This document shows, piece after piece, positions 1 to 10,200 of a DNA stretch of 64,000 bases. A program made the position numbers and the translations under genes. The stretch spans positions 1-64,000 of IMG/VR virus record IMGVR_UViG_3300046724_000152. One strand, given 5' to 3'. The notes under the pieces are model-generated. The model was not told where the DNA came from, searched no databases, and saw only the letters and a list, made by a program, of their open reading frames with translations. This stretch comes from a virus. Numbering within the stretch: the stretch's first letter is position 1; each line of letters starts with the position of its first letter.

Positions 1-129
1 CCTCTATCGGCTGGCGGCAATGGTGGCCAAGCTCTGATCGTTATCTCCTATGTTCCCATAGTCCCGGCTTGGTTTGGGCATGAGTTAAAGAGTGTTCCGA
101 TCAAATCCAAAAGGATGATCGGATACTAG
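1..129 (+). CDS. 3' end of a glycine-rich virion/tail protein (partial)
   Basis: Frame 1 reads PLSAGGNGGQALIVISY...MIGY*. GGxGGxxxIVISY is a typical ending of phage Gly-rich domains. The next ORF starts 1 nt after the stop. Confidence 0.5.
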   Translation, partial: PLSAGGNGGQALIVISYVPIVPAWFGHELKSVPIKSKRMIGY

Positions 130-130
130 G

Positions 131-589
131 ATGCCCTTCGACACCATCCAGTATCAGATCAAGGCTGAACCACCTCCTGCTGGGTATGCTCTTTTCCCTA
201 ATCAGAATGAGAGCCTATGGCATTATGCATGGTCTGAGCCGGTTCGGATCAAGCCAGGACTCAAGCCCTACCTTCAGCAGTTCTTTGCCATTGATACGTT
301 CTGGCTTCAGCCGGTCACCAGTTACATCGGCTGGTGGGCTCCTCTGCGCGATCCCGTCCGGTTGAAGCCAGGACTCAGAGCCAGCCTTCAGCATTACTTC
401 GAAGCTCCGCCCCGGCTTCTGGCGACCCCGAACGTCACCGCTGTCATGCATGCCACTGAAATCAACAACGATATCGCCAACATCTTCCTCAATGTGTATA
501 CTGCCACACCAGTAGCAGGACCACCTATAGTATCCGTTGTTGAGGTTGGAGTCCCTAATAGCCCAACATCTCTTAGAGAAATCAAATGA
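131..589 (+). CDS. hypothetical virion protein with an internal duplicated motif
   Basis: 152 aa; W...EPVRIKPGL and W...DPVRLKPGL repeat; ATGA overlap with the next gene. Confidence 0.65.
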   Translation: MPFDTIQYQIKAEPPPAGYALFPNQNESLWHYAWSEPVRIKPGLKPYLQQFFAIDTFWLQPVTSYIGWWAPLRDPVRLKPGLRASLQHYFEAPPRLLATPNVTAVMHATEINNDIANIFLNVYTATPVAGPPIVSVVEVGVPNSPTSLREIK

Positions 590-900
590 CGGTCTTCAAT
601 AGTGGTCCGGTCAATATAGAGCAGGGTAATTCAGCTAACTTTGTTATTGAGTTTCTTGATTCTCGCGGCGCTACTACTGTTCCGTCCAGCGCAAGCATGG
701 TTGTTAACTACATCAATACATCATTTGCTTCTGCTTCTGATCCTGTCAGTCTTTCAGTTGTCAATGAATTCTTCACCGGCACTTGGCCTTCCGCATCGGC
801 CAATCTGGGACTGGCTACCTGGGTGGTCAGCACTGCTCTTGGTTCGTCGGTAGGAGCTACCGGGCAGCTTCGAATCATACAGAGGGTCAGTACCTACTGA
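586..900 (+). CDS. small Ser/Thr-rich beta-sandwich-like structural protein
   Basis: 104 aa, coupled start/stop overlaps on both sides, inside the tail module. Confidence 0.65.
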   Translation: MTVFNSGPVNIEQGNSANFVIEFLDSRGATTVPSSASMVVNYINTSFASASDPVSLSVVNEFFTGTWPSASANLGLATWVVSTALGSSVGATGQLRIIQRVSTY

Positions 901-1607
901 TGTTTACCCCCCAGCAGGTGTTCTCAGGGACTTATAACTTCGCCCCGTCCAGCGGCGAAATCATCCTAAATGCCTACCAGCGGATTGCGATCCGACCGAC
1001 CGAGATACTGGTTACCCACCTTCAAACGGCGGTCATGGAGCTGAACCTGCTGCTGGCTCGAATGAGCAACATGCAGCCCAACCTCTGGACGGTTGATTTA
1101 CAGGCTCTGCCGATCACTCAGGGGATAGCAACCTACTCTCTCCCGGTCGAGACCGTGATGATCACCAATGCCTATCTCAGCACGGGATCCGGGACCAACA
1201 AGATCGACCGGCTGATCTGGCCCTTGAGCCAGACCGAGTATGCGGCGATTGCCAACAAGGAGTCTCAGGGGCCGCCGACGACCTACTGGTTCAACCGGCT
1301 GATCTCGCCGACCATCACCTTCTACCTGACCCCTGATGGCGGTGGTCCGTACACCATCTACTATTACTGTGTCCGCCAGATTCAGGATGCGACCTTGCCG
1401 GATGGGGTCAATGTCGAGATCCCATACCTATGGCTAGATGCCTTGGTGGCTGGATTGGCCCATCGTCTGGCCAGGATCTACCAGCCTCAGCTTGAACAGG
1501 TCAGGAAAATGGATGCCGACGAGGCCTGGACTATTGCTGCAACGCAGAATGTCGAGAACGTCGCTCTCAACATAACCCCAGGCCTGGGTGGGTACTTTGT
1601 CCGATGA
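900..1607 (+). CDS. head-tail adaptor / tail tubular-type protein
   Basis: ATG 900 overlaps the upstream TGA. SGTYNFAPSSGEIILNAYQR...NLWTV...LVAGLAHRLA resembles podophage adaptor proteins. Confidence 0.65.
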   Translation: MFTPQQVFSGTYNFAPSSGEIILNAYQRIAIRPTEILVTHLQTAVMELNLLLARMSNMQPNLWTVDLQALPITQGIATYSLPVETVMITNAYLSTGSGTNKIDRLIWPLSQTEYAAIANKESQGPPTTYWFNRLISPTITFYLTPDGGGPYTIYYYCVRQIQDATLPDGVNVEIPYLWLDALVAGLAHRLARIYQPQLEQVRKMDADEAWTIAATQNVENVALNITPGLGGYFVR

Positions 1608-2407
1608 GACCGCATGGCAAGGCCAATATCAGTGCCATCTACCCAAGGGCTCTTGCCGTCTGTGACAGATGTGGTGGGCTCTATAACCACACCGACCTGA
1701 GCTGGCAGCACCAGTGGCGAGGGGTCAAGCTCCAGAACGTCAGAATTCTGGTCTGCCCAAGCTGCCTGGATGTCCCGCAAGAGCAACTCCGGGTCATCAT
1801 CCTGCCGATGGATCCGGTCCCCATCATGAATGCCCGACCGGAGAACTACGTCGACGCCGACAACCCGATGTCGGCTCTTGGCTATAGCCCGATATCCCAG
1901 ACCATTGGAGGCCGGTTTGGCAATCTCCTGGGCGGCGGCGGTCTGAATGCAGCCTTCGACGGCAACCCTACCAAGCCATGGTGGCGGTCTGCCGCCAATG
2001 CCGTCTCCAATTCCAGCTACAACAACTACGTTGGCATCAACTGGAGCGGAGCCAACGCGGCTCTGTTAAGTGCCCCATCGAGCCTGCTGCCTCCAGTTCT
2101 TCGTCATTCCCTGACCAGCTTTACGCTTACTGCACCGTCAGACCGGTCGTTCCTTGGCAACAACCAGACAGATTATCTGATCCAGGCCTCGCCCAGCATG
2201 TCTCCCGTGTTTGAGACCTGGACAACCATTTCGAGCGGAACGACAGCGGGCCTGACAGGCGAGGTCATCACCGGCAACTGTGTCGCCGGATACAGTCAAT
2301 TCCATCGAGCTGCGTTTCTTGGCGATGGATTGAGCCCCGTTACAGTGGCTCAGGTATCCTTTAATGTGGCTCAGGTCGGTGAGATAGCCACGGGAGGTTC
2401 GTCTTGA
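1604..2407 (+). CDS. virion-module protein with N-terminal Zn-ribbon (CDRC...CPSC)
   Basis: AVCDRCGGLY...VCPSCLDVPQEQL N-terminus followed by a beta-rich domain. Confidence 0.65.
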   Translation: MRPHGKANISAIYPRALAVCDRCGGLYNHTDLSWQHQWRGVKLQNVRILVCPSCLDVPQEQLRVIILPMDPVPIMNARPENYVDADNPMSALGYSPISQTIGGRFGNLLGGGGLNAAFDGNPTKPWWRSAANAVSNSSYNNYVGINWSGANAALLSAPSSLLPPVLRHSLTSFTLTAPSDRSFLGNNQTDYLIQASPSMSPVFETWTTISSGTTAGLTGEVITGNCVAGYSQFHRAAFLGDGLSPVTVAQVSFNVAQVGEIATGGSS

Positions 2408-3117
2408 GCCTGAACTATACCTCATATGTCGATCAGGTCGCCAACCTGATGGTCATCGGCTCCACGGATGCCAACTTCCAGACCATGCTGCCGGGGATGA
2501 TCGACTATGCCGAGAACAGGATCTACCGGGAGCTGGACCCGCTCTATGCCCAGGTCACGGATACAACCGCCCTGACATCCTCTGGCGATAGAAACTTCAT
2601 CCCGCCAACCTCACTGGGCAACTTCATCACCATCGACAGCCTCAGCATCATCACCCCACTGGGGACGACCTCATCTAATGGTTCCAGAAGCTCACTGATG
2701 CCGGTTGCGCCAGAGGTGATAACCACTCTGTGGCCATCAAACCGGACTGTGACAGGGGTGCCGACCATGTTTGCAGTCAGGTCGCCGACAACGGTCTTGT
2801 TGGGTCCTGTACCGGATGCGGCCTATGCAACCGAGGTTGTCGGTCTGCAACGGCCAACCAGCCTGAGTACCTCGAACTCAAGCACCTTCCTGACCCAGTA
2901 TTGCCCGGATCTTTTTATCGCTGCATCGATGGTGTTTGGCTTTGGCTATATGCGTGACTTCGGCGGCCAGTCTGACAATCCGCAAGGAGCCACTTCCTGG
3001 GAGACCCAATACAAGACTCTGTTTGCCTCCGCAGCAATGGAGCAGTCCAGAGCCAAGTGGGAGTCCGATGGCTGGACTTCTCAGGCCCCGGCACCTCTGG
3101 CTGGGAAGAGGACCTGA
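2404..3117 (+). CDS. tail adaptor / tubular protein
   Basis: LNYTSYV...IDYAENRIYREL...LGPVPDAAY...PDLFIAAS, family-typical motifs; lies just before the nozzle gene. Confidence 0.6.
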   Translation: MSLNYTSYVDQVANLMVIGSTDANFQTMLPGMIDYAENRIYRELDPLYAQVTDTTALTSSGDRNFIPPTSLGNFITIDSLSIITPLGTTSSNGSRSSLMPVAPEVITTLWPSNRTVTGVPTMFAVRSPTTVLLGPVPDAAYATEVVGLQRPTSLSTSNSSTFLTQYCPDLFIAASMVFGFGYMRDFGGQSDNPQGATSWETQYKTLFASAAMEQSRAKWESDGWTSQAPAPLAGKRT

Positions 3118-3120
3118 TTC

Positions 3121-5142
3121 ATGCCAATGGCCTCAGTCACACTTCGACCTACCGTCGATGTGGAGCGGACTCTTTCGTTGAATGAGGCCGGAATTTCCGT
3201 CTCTCAGTTGATCCGGTTCAGGAACGACCTGATCGAAACGCTTGGCGGATGGCAACAGTATATACCGACACTGATTCCATCTACAGTGCGCGACTTGCAT
3301 CCCTGGCAGGACGTTGCCGGAGTCAAGCATCTCGGCATTGCCGCGACTCAGAACCTGATCGTCGCCAGCAGCGCCGGGGCTATGACAGACATCACCCCGC
3401 AGATATTGATTACCAATCCATCGGTTGATGTCAGCGTTACTCTTGGCAGTTGTGTCGTTCGCATCAACGATCCGAACAGTGGTCCGGCACCATATAATTC
3501 TGTCTACTTCAACACTCCGATTTCTATCGCCGGTCTATATCTGAATGGCTCGTATAAGATACAGACAGTTCTAAGCACTGGCCGATATGAAATTTTCTCT
3601 AGTATCGCATCGACAGCCACTATCGGGTCGAGTGGAATATTACCGACATTCACGGTCTCGTCCGGCTCGCCAACGATTGTCGTTACGTCTCCTAACAATG
3701 GATATCTGGCTATCTCTGGAATCCAGCAGCAATTCTTAGCGCCGACCACAATAGGCAGCAATCTCATTGTTGGTCACTACAGCATCGCCAGTGTCATCGA
3801 TAGCACTCAATATACGATTGTCGATAATACACTCGCCAGCACCACACTTACCTCCACGATGAATGGCGGGCTTGCTCAGTTTCAGTATTACATTACCCAA
3901 GGTGTGCAAACGACCGGCGCTGGATTCGGTATTGGCGGCTTTAGCAGCGGTGGATTTGGTGGAACGGGAATCACCTTTGCCGGAGCCACCGGCACTCCGA
4001 TCATGGCCCTGGATTGGAGCCAGGATAACTGGGGTGCAACGCTTCTGGCATGTCCCACCGATGGAGCAATCTACGCCTACTCGCCGGAAAGTGGATTCTT
4101 CACCGCTCAGGTTGTAGCAACAGCGCCGTTCTTTAATGGCGGCATCTTCATCTCTCAGCCACAACAGATCCTGGTGGCCTGGAGATCGGTGCAATCCTCC
4201 GGAGTTCAGGACAATCTAATCGTCTGCTGGTCCGATGCCCTGGATTATACCAACTGGACAATATCCAATGCGACTGCTGCCGGACGATTTAAATTCTCCG
4301 GTGGATCTATCATCATGGGTGGCCTCCAGGCTCCAAACTATGGGGTGATCTGGACCGATATCGATGCCTGGATCATGCAGTATGTCGGCGGCACCGTCAT
4401 CTTCAACTTCACCAAGGTCGGCACTGGCTGCGGACTTATTGGACAGCATGCTGCCGGTGTTATTGCCGGTAGCGTCTTTTGGTGCGGCTCCAGCAACTTC
4501 TTTACCATCAGCGCCAGTGGCGTCGAGGTCGTGCCCTGCACTGTCTGGGACTACATATTCCAGAACCTGAACCCTACCAATACCTACAAGATTCGCTGTG
4601 CCCCGAATTCATCGTTCAATGAGATCACTTGGTTTTTCCCATCATCTAATGCGACAGAGAATGACTCCTATGTAAAGTACAACATCCTCACCAAGTCGTG
4701 GGATTACGGTTTGATGCCCAGGACGGCCTGGGTGGATATCTCTGTTCTTGGTAATCCGATTGCCGCCGATACCTTAGGCACAATAGTCCAGCATGAGGTT
4801 GGAACGGTCCAGTCTGGCGTCAGCTCGACAGCATTCCAGACCGGCTGGTTCTCGATCACCGAAGGCAATGATCTGGCATTCGTTGATTATGTCTTGCCAG
4901 ACTTCATCTGGGGTCTGCTCGATGGCAGCAAGAATGCCTCGGTCGATATAACCTTCTATTCCGCCAATTATCCAGGTGACGCGCCAACCGCTTACGGGCC
5001 GTTTACGGTAACTGAATCGACTGAATATATCTCGCCGAGACTTCGCGGCAGGCTGATGTCGATTACGATCCACAGCAACAGTCAGTCATTCTGGCGGCTT
5101 GGTCGAATCAGATATCGCTTTGCTCTGGCAGGGAGACGCTAA
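3121..5142 (+). CDS. tail nozzle / DNA stabilisation protein (beta-propeller, P22 gp10-like role)
   Basis: 673 aa; WSQDNWG, WSDALDYTNW, FNEITWFFPS, RTAW and C-terminal WRLGRIRY motifs. Confidence 0.7.
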   Translation: MPMASVTLRPTVDVERTLSLNEAGISVSQLIRFRNDLIETLGGWQQYIPTLIPSTVRDLHPWQDVAGVKHLGIAATQNLIVASSAGAMTDITPQILITNPSVDVSVTLGSCVVRINDPNSGPAPYNSVYFNTPISIAGLYLNGSYKIQTVLSTGRYEIFSSIASTATIGSSGILPTFTVSSGSPTIVVTSPNNGYLAISGIQQQFLAPTTIGSNLIVGHYSIASVIDSTQYTIVDNTLASTTLTSTMNGGLAQFQYYITQGVQTTGAGFGIGGFSSGGFGGTGITFAGATGTPIMALDWSQDNWGATLLACPTDGAIYAYSPESGFFTAQVVATAPFFNGGIFISQPQQILVAWRSVQSSGVQDNLIVCWSDALDYTNWTISNATAAGRFKFSGGSIIMGGLQAPNYGVIWTDIDAWIMQYVGGTVIFNFTKVGTGCGLIGQHAAGVIAGSVFWCGSSNFFTISASGVEVVPCTVWDYIFQNLNPTNTYKIRCAPNSSFNEITWFFPSSNATENDSYVKYNILTKSWDYGLMPRTAWVDISVLGNPIAADTLGTIVQHEVGTVQSGVSSTAFQTGWFSITEGNDLAFVDYVLPDFIWGLLDGSKNASVDITFYSANYPGDAPTAYGPFTVTESTEYISPRLRGRLMSITIHSNSQSFWRLGRIRYRFALAGRR

Positions 5143-5369
5143 TGGCTGGCATCGGTGACATTCTTGCCGCGCTTCAGAATGGTGTAGCTGCCATCCAAGG
5201 TCTGAACAACAGGCTTGGTACTACATTCCTTCAGCAGGGCACATTAGTATCGTCAGCAATTAGCACGGCGAATTCGAGCATCGCTTTTACTTCTTCACAA
5301 GCTGCTGGATTCATTGCAGTTACCACAAGCTCTGGTGCTGCTGGATACATACCGTGGTACAGACCCTAG
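5142..5369 (+). CDS. small tail-associated protein
   Basis: 75 aa, start overlaps the upstream stop. Confidence 0.6.
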   Translation: MAGIGDILAALQNGVAAIQGLNNRLGTTFLQQGTLVSSAISTANSSIAFTSSQAAGFIAVTTSSGAAGYIPWYRP

Positions 5370-5378
5370 AGGGAATCA

Positions 5379-6329
5379 ATGGTCACATTCACAACAGCAA
5401 AGGGTCTCTATCAGGTTGCTAACAGCAGCTACGTCGGCACCTGGGATATTCCTACCAACTCTAACTGGAACGTGGTGGATGCGGCGCTTGGCCAGAATGT
5501 TTCAATTGCTCTTGCCGCCTCTCCGGTGATTCTTTCTCAAGCGCAGATGCAATGCTCTTACATACAATTTACCGGAACACTTACGGCAAACGTAGCAATC
5601 ACGTTTCCGCAAGTTGGCTCGCCTCTAGCGCCGATAACCGGTTCTTATACGGTTTTTAACAACTGCGCTGGCTCCAGCGTCTATACGGTTACCTTGAAGT
5701 CGACAAATCCGGCTGGCCGAGTGATCGGTTGCATACCAGGAAATGCATTCGACTGCATCACCGATGGAGCTAATTTCAGATATAAAAATCTACCTACTAT
5801 CGGCACTTATATGGATTTTGCCTCTAACTCATACCCACCATGGGTACTCGCATGCAATGTTCAGTTACCGTATCTTTATTGCGATGGATCCGGATTTTCA
5901 GCGGGTCAATATCCTATCCTGGCAGGAATGATAGGAACAACTTTGCCTGACTGTAGAGGTCGCGCAAGATTTTCAATGGATGGAGGAACCGGACGGCTGC
6001 CACTTAATGGCAGTGTACCTAACAGCCTGGACGGCAATACCCTGTTTGCCGGTGGTGGTCTTTATTACCATTACATAGCAAACAGCGAAGTTCCTGAGCT
6101 TTCAGTTTACGATCCAACCCACGCTCATACGGTCAATACTGTTCCGCATACCGCGTATTATATCGGTCGAGGTGGCGGCGGCGGCGGATTTGTGACGGAT
6201 GAAATAAATTATACTACTACCGCCTCATATACCGGCGTCAGAGTTGGTCAGATCTTTGCATCTGCCGTTCCGTTTGGTCTCCAATCACCCGGTATGACCC
6301 AAGGCTTAACCTTCATACGGTCGGCCTAG
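5379..6329 (+). CDS. tail fibre protein with tail-collar domain, copy 1
   Basis: YLYCDGSGFSAGQYPILAGMIGTTLPDCRGR collar motif; HxH motif near the C-terminus; SD GAGGGA. Confidence 0.75.
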   Translation: MVTFTTAKGLYQVANSSYVGTWDIPTNSNWNVVDAALGQNVSIALAASPVILSQAQMQCSYIQFTGTLTANVAITFPQVGSPLAPITGSYTVFNNCAGSSVYTVTLKSTNPAGRVIGCIPGNAFDCITDGANFRYKNLPTIGTYMDFASNSYPPWVLACNVQLPYLYCDGSGFSAGQYPILAGMIGTTLPDCRGRARFSMDGGTGRLPLNGSVPNSLDGNTLFAGGGLYYHYIANSEVPELSVYDPTHAHTVNTVPHTAYYIGRGGGGGGFVTDEINYTTTASYTGVRVGQIFASAVPFGLQSPGMTQGLTFIRSA

Positions 6330-6337
6330 AGGGAATC

Positions 6338-7288
6338 ATGGTCACTTTTACACTAGCAAAAAATCTTACTGAGGTCGCCCCCAGTAGTTACGTTGGCAAC
6401 TGGGATGAGCCCACCAATGCCAATTGGAGCGTGGTGGATGCAGCGCTTGGTCAAAGCGTTTCCATTGCGCTTTCTGCTGCTTCGGTGTCGTTATCTCAAG
6501 CGCAGATGCAATGCGCTTGGATAATCTTTACCGGCACTCTTACGGCAAGCGTATCGATAACTTTCCCCCAGGTAGGATCACCACCGGCATCGATAACCGG
6601 ATCTTACACAATCTTTAACAACTGTGCCGGGTCAAGCGCATACTCGGTTACTTTGAAAACTACAGTTGCCGGTTCCAGAGCGATTGGTGCCATACCGGGA
6701 AATGCATTCGACTGCGTTACGGATGGCACTCATTTTAGATACAGGAATCTGCCTCCTGTTGGCAGTTATATGGATCATGCTACTGGTGGATATCCAACAT
6801 GGGTATCGGCGTGTACCGTTCAGCTTCCGTATCTTTATTGCGATGGAAGTGCATTCAACACGACTCAATATCCTATTCTTGCTGGAATAATAGGTGGAAC
6901 TCTACCGGACTGTAGAGGCCGTGCAAGATATTCCATGGACGGAGGCACGGGCCGACTTCCGCTTAATACATTTGTTGGACCCTATACCATAGATGGCAAT
7001 ACCATTTTCGCTGGTGGCGGTATTTACTACCATTACATCGTAAATGGTGAAGTACCCGAACTCTCGGTTTATGATCCGAGCCACACCCATCTCCTTGTTA
7101 CTGTTCCGCATGGCGTGTATGCGGCTGGTGCTGGTGGTGGTGGCGGCGGCTTTGTGACTGATGAAGCAAATTATGACACCAGTTATCAAGGCACCGGCCT
7201 TCGCCCTGGCCAGCTTGGAGGCAATGTTCCGTTTAGTCTTCAGCCTCCTAGCATGACCCAAGGCTTAACCTTTATAAGGTCAGCCTGA
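6338..7288 (+). CDS. tail fibre protein with tail-collar domain, copy 2
   Basis: 316-aa paralogue of the upstream gene with the same CCTAGAGGGAATCA leader. Confidence 0.75.
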   Translation: MVTFTLAKNLTEVAPSSYVGNWDEPTNANWSVVDAALGQSVSIALSAASVSLSQAQMQCAWIIFTGTLTASVSITFPQVGSPPASITGSYTIFNNCAGSSAYSVTLKTTVAGSRAIGAIPGNAFDCVTDGTHFRYRNLPPVGSYMDHATGGYPTWVSACTVQLPYLYCDGSAFNTTQYPILAGIIGGTLPDCRGRARYSMDGGTGRLPLNTFVGPYTIDGNTIFAGGGIYYHYIVNGEVPELSVYDPSHTHLLVTVPHGVYAAGAGGGGGGFVTDEANYDTSYQGTGLRPGQLGGNVPFSLQPPSMTQGLTFIRSA

Positions 7289-10200
7289 TGCCATCCGTAT
7301 CACCAGCGCAGGCTAGATTGATGGCTGCCGTCGCCCATGGCTGGAAGAAGCCTGGAGGTGGTGGCCCATCGGTATCCGTGGCCAAGGAATTCAACGCTGC
7401 CGACAAAGGCAGATCCGCTTTGCGGGCGGCCAAGAAGTATGCCGATGGTGGTGATGTTCTACCGGCACCGGAAGCCTGGGATACAGATACGGTAGCTGAT
7501 GCCTTTACGCCCAAGGATCCCAATCCTTTCAACAAGCCAACTCGCCCTCCATTCCAGATCCAGGGTCCATTAGGGGTGGAGAATGTCGATCCTGGCGATT
7601 CTCCATTCCTGGGTTTTGGCCGACCGGAAGACAAGTCCTATGGTGCCGTCCACGACCTCTATACCAAGGCCAAAGAGGCTGTGCATCGCTATGCAGGGCC
7701 GGGATTTGATGAAGCGCTGAATAAGATTGGATCGTTTGGTTCGATGCTGGCTCCTGGCTCCGGCGAGCAAGCCGCCATGGAAGACACTGTCAGGACCAAG
7801 CAGGCTCTTGAGGAAGGCAAGATTGGAGAAGCCGCCAAGCATGGGGCCATGGGAACATTCAATGCGACTCTTGGATCGCTTCCTGGTGGTCATATGCTTT
7901 CCACGGCTGTTGCTGGCGTCATGGGGGTCGCCTCCAGGTTTGGCCGGAGCATCCCTAAGGAAGGACTCCTCGACACTTCCAAGTTCGAGACAATCTCCTC
8001 ATCAAAGGGAACGATGCCGGGAGGATTCAAGCTTGATCCGGCCACTGGCACTGAATGGTACGTCAAGCAGGCACCAAGCATCGAACAAGCCAAGAATGAG
8101 AAGCTGACGGCTGAACTTTACAAGCTGTTCAATGTTCCGGTGGCCGATGTTCGCCTGACGACCGTTAATGGCAAGCCAGGAATTGCCAGCAGGAAGATCG
8201 AGGGTGTTCAACTTAGTAACAGCGAAAGAGAATACAAAGACATAAATGGGTTGCACGAGAATTATCCGATTCATGCTCTGCTCGCCAACCATGATACTGT
8301 CGGCACCGGTCCAGAGAATCCTCTCGGCAACATCATGGTCGATCCGTCCGGCACGGCTCACGTCATCGATACCGGTGGCGGCCTTCTATACAAAGGCACC
8401 GGAAGCAAGAAAGCCAAGTTTACTCCCGAGGTCGATGAACTCAACACGATGGCCGATCCCAGCTACAGCCATCTGTCGGCTCAGGTGTTTGGCGACATAG
8501 AACACCAGTCTGAAATGATCGGGGCTCAGAAGATCGCCAATGTCGATGGCAAAGACATTGCCAGACTTGTCGAGATGTACGGTCCTGGCAACAAGATGGA
8601 CAAGTTCAAGCTGATGTCCACGCTGCTCCAGCGCAAATACAACATCGAGCAGCATTACGGCGTTAAGCCAGAGGCTAAATCGGAAGCAAAAATTCCTGAG
8701 AGTTATGAACCGACTCAGGAGCCACATATGGATCAGGTTCGCGACCCGTATCAGCAGGTTCCATTTACGGAAGAGGACTACAACAAGTTTGCCAACGAGA
8801 TTCCTCCTCCAGTCCATCCTGACTTTGTCGAGCCAGAGAAGACTCCACTGGATAAGCTCCATGAGATGTCGTTTGCTCAGGCTATCGGCCCCAAGATGAC
8901 GAACATGATTTCCGATGCGACACTCAACAAGGAAAACCTCCAGCTTATTGGCAAGTCTCTGAGCAAAGGTCCGTATGGTGCTAATCACTGGGATGCCGCT
9001 CTTCACCTGTGGCAGATTGCCGAGCATGTAAATCCGCAAGCTGCGGAGGCGGTGTTTCGTAATCTACCGCCATCGATCCAGCCCAAGGTTGGATTCGCCA
9101 TCAAGGCGCTGAAGAACAAGCTGGAATACTCGCCGTTTAATTCGGTAGCTAAGGGCAGCGGCAAGGATGGAAAATTTCCGCTGGACTATAACTATTTCTC
9201 GACCAAGACAGACAAGTTCGCCATTCCTCCGCACCTCCTAAAGGACAAGGCATTCAACGCTAACATCGATAGATATGCAGACTTGCTTGAATCCAAGCCG
9301 CATGAAGCTGCGCCTGAGTCACTCAATCCACTTGAAGGATCGCCTCAGGAGATTCATGAGTATCTCAAGAATCTGAACGATCCCGCAGCCGCTGAGGAAA
9401 TGTTCAAGGGATTGCCAGCAGAAACCCGTAAGGCCGTCGATGAATTTATCAGAGCTGATAACCCATGGACTGCCACGCCAACAGTGAAGGCCAAGCCAAA
9501 GACCCAATATGAAAAGGACGTAGCAGAGTACGAGGCCAAGCTTGATTCTGCGATTGACCCGCCTGAGCCTCTTATTGGCGGACACGACTCAGATAAGTGG
9601 TTCCAGCAAGCCACTCCATTCAAGATTGACAATCGATTCAAACAACTGGTCAAGCCGATCAAGAACTGGGCCGAATGGAAGCCGCCAGAACAAGACATCA
9701 AGCCGCTGAATTTAGTTCATAAATCAAAGAGCGAAATCAAGAAGCTTGGTTTCAACCCATACCTTTCGGTTCATCACGGATCTCATTATCCCATTCCCGA
9801 CACTCTGGAAGATCCGTTTACCCATAAGACCGTTCAGCAGGAAAGAGGGTTTTTCTCTTCTACTATTCCGGGCTTGGTAGCCGAGAACTACGGACACAAT
9901 GTCACAAGTTATGTCGCCAGAGCATTAAAGCCGATGGAGGTGGATTGGAAGCAGTGGTCCGGCATGAACCGTTATAGTCCGAAGCAAATGGAATCTCTCA
10001 TCGAGGCTGGCCACCGCCAAGGCGCTGATATGATTGCCGCTCACAATATGAGGGATATGGGCAGCAGCAAATATGGCCTTCATACTCAGTATATCTTTCT
10101 GAAGACCAGCGCTTTGCGCCAAGCCATGGCAAAGTTCGATCCAACCAAGCTGCACCTCAGAAACACTCTAGCCGGTGTTGCTGGCGTGGCTGGTGGCGGC

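Noticed and set aside
5379-7288. Diversity-generating retroelement (TR/VR) in the duplicated fibre genes
   Set aside because: Both copies are full-length ORFs, differences are not adenine-specific, and no reverse transcriptase is in the window.
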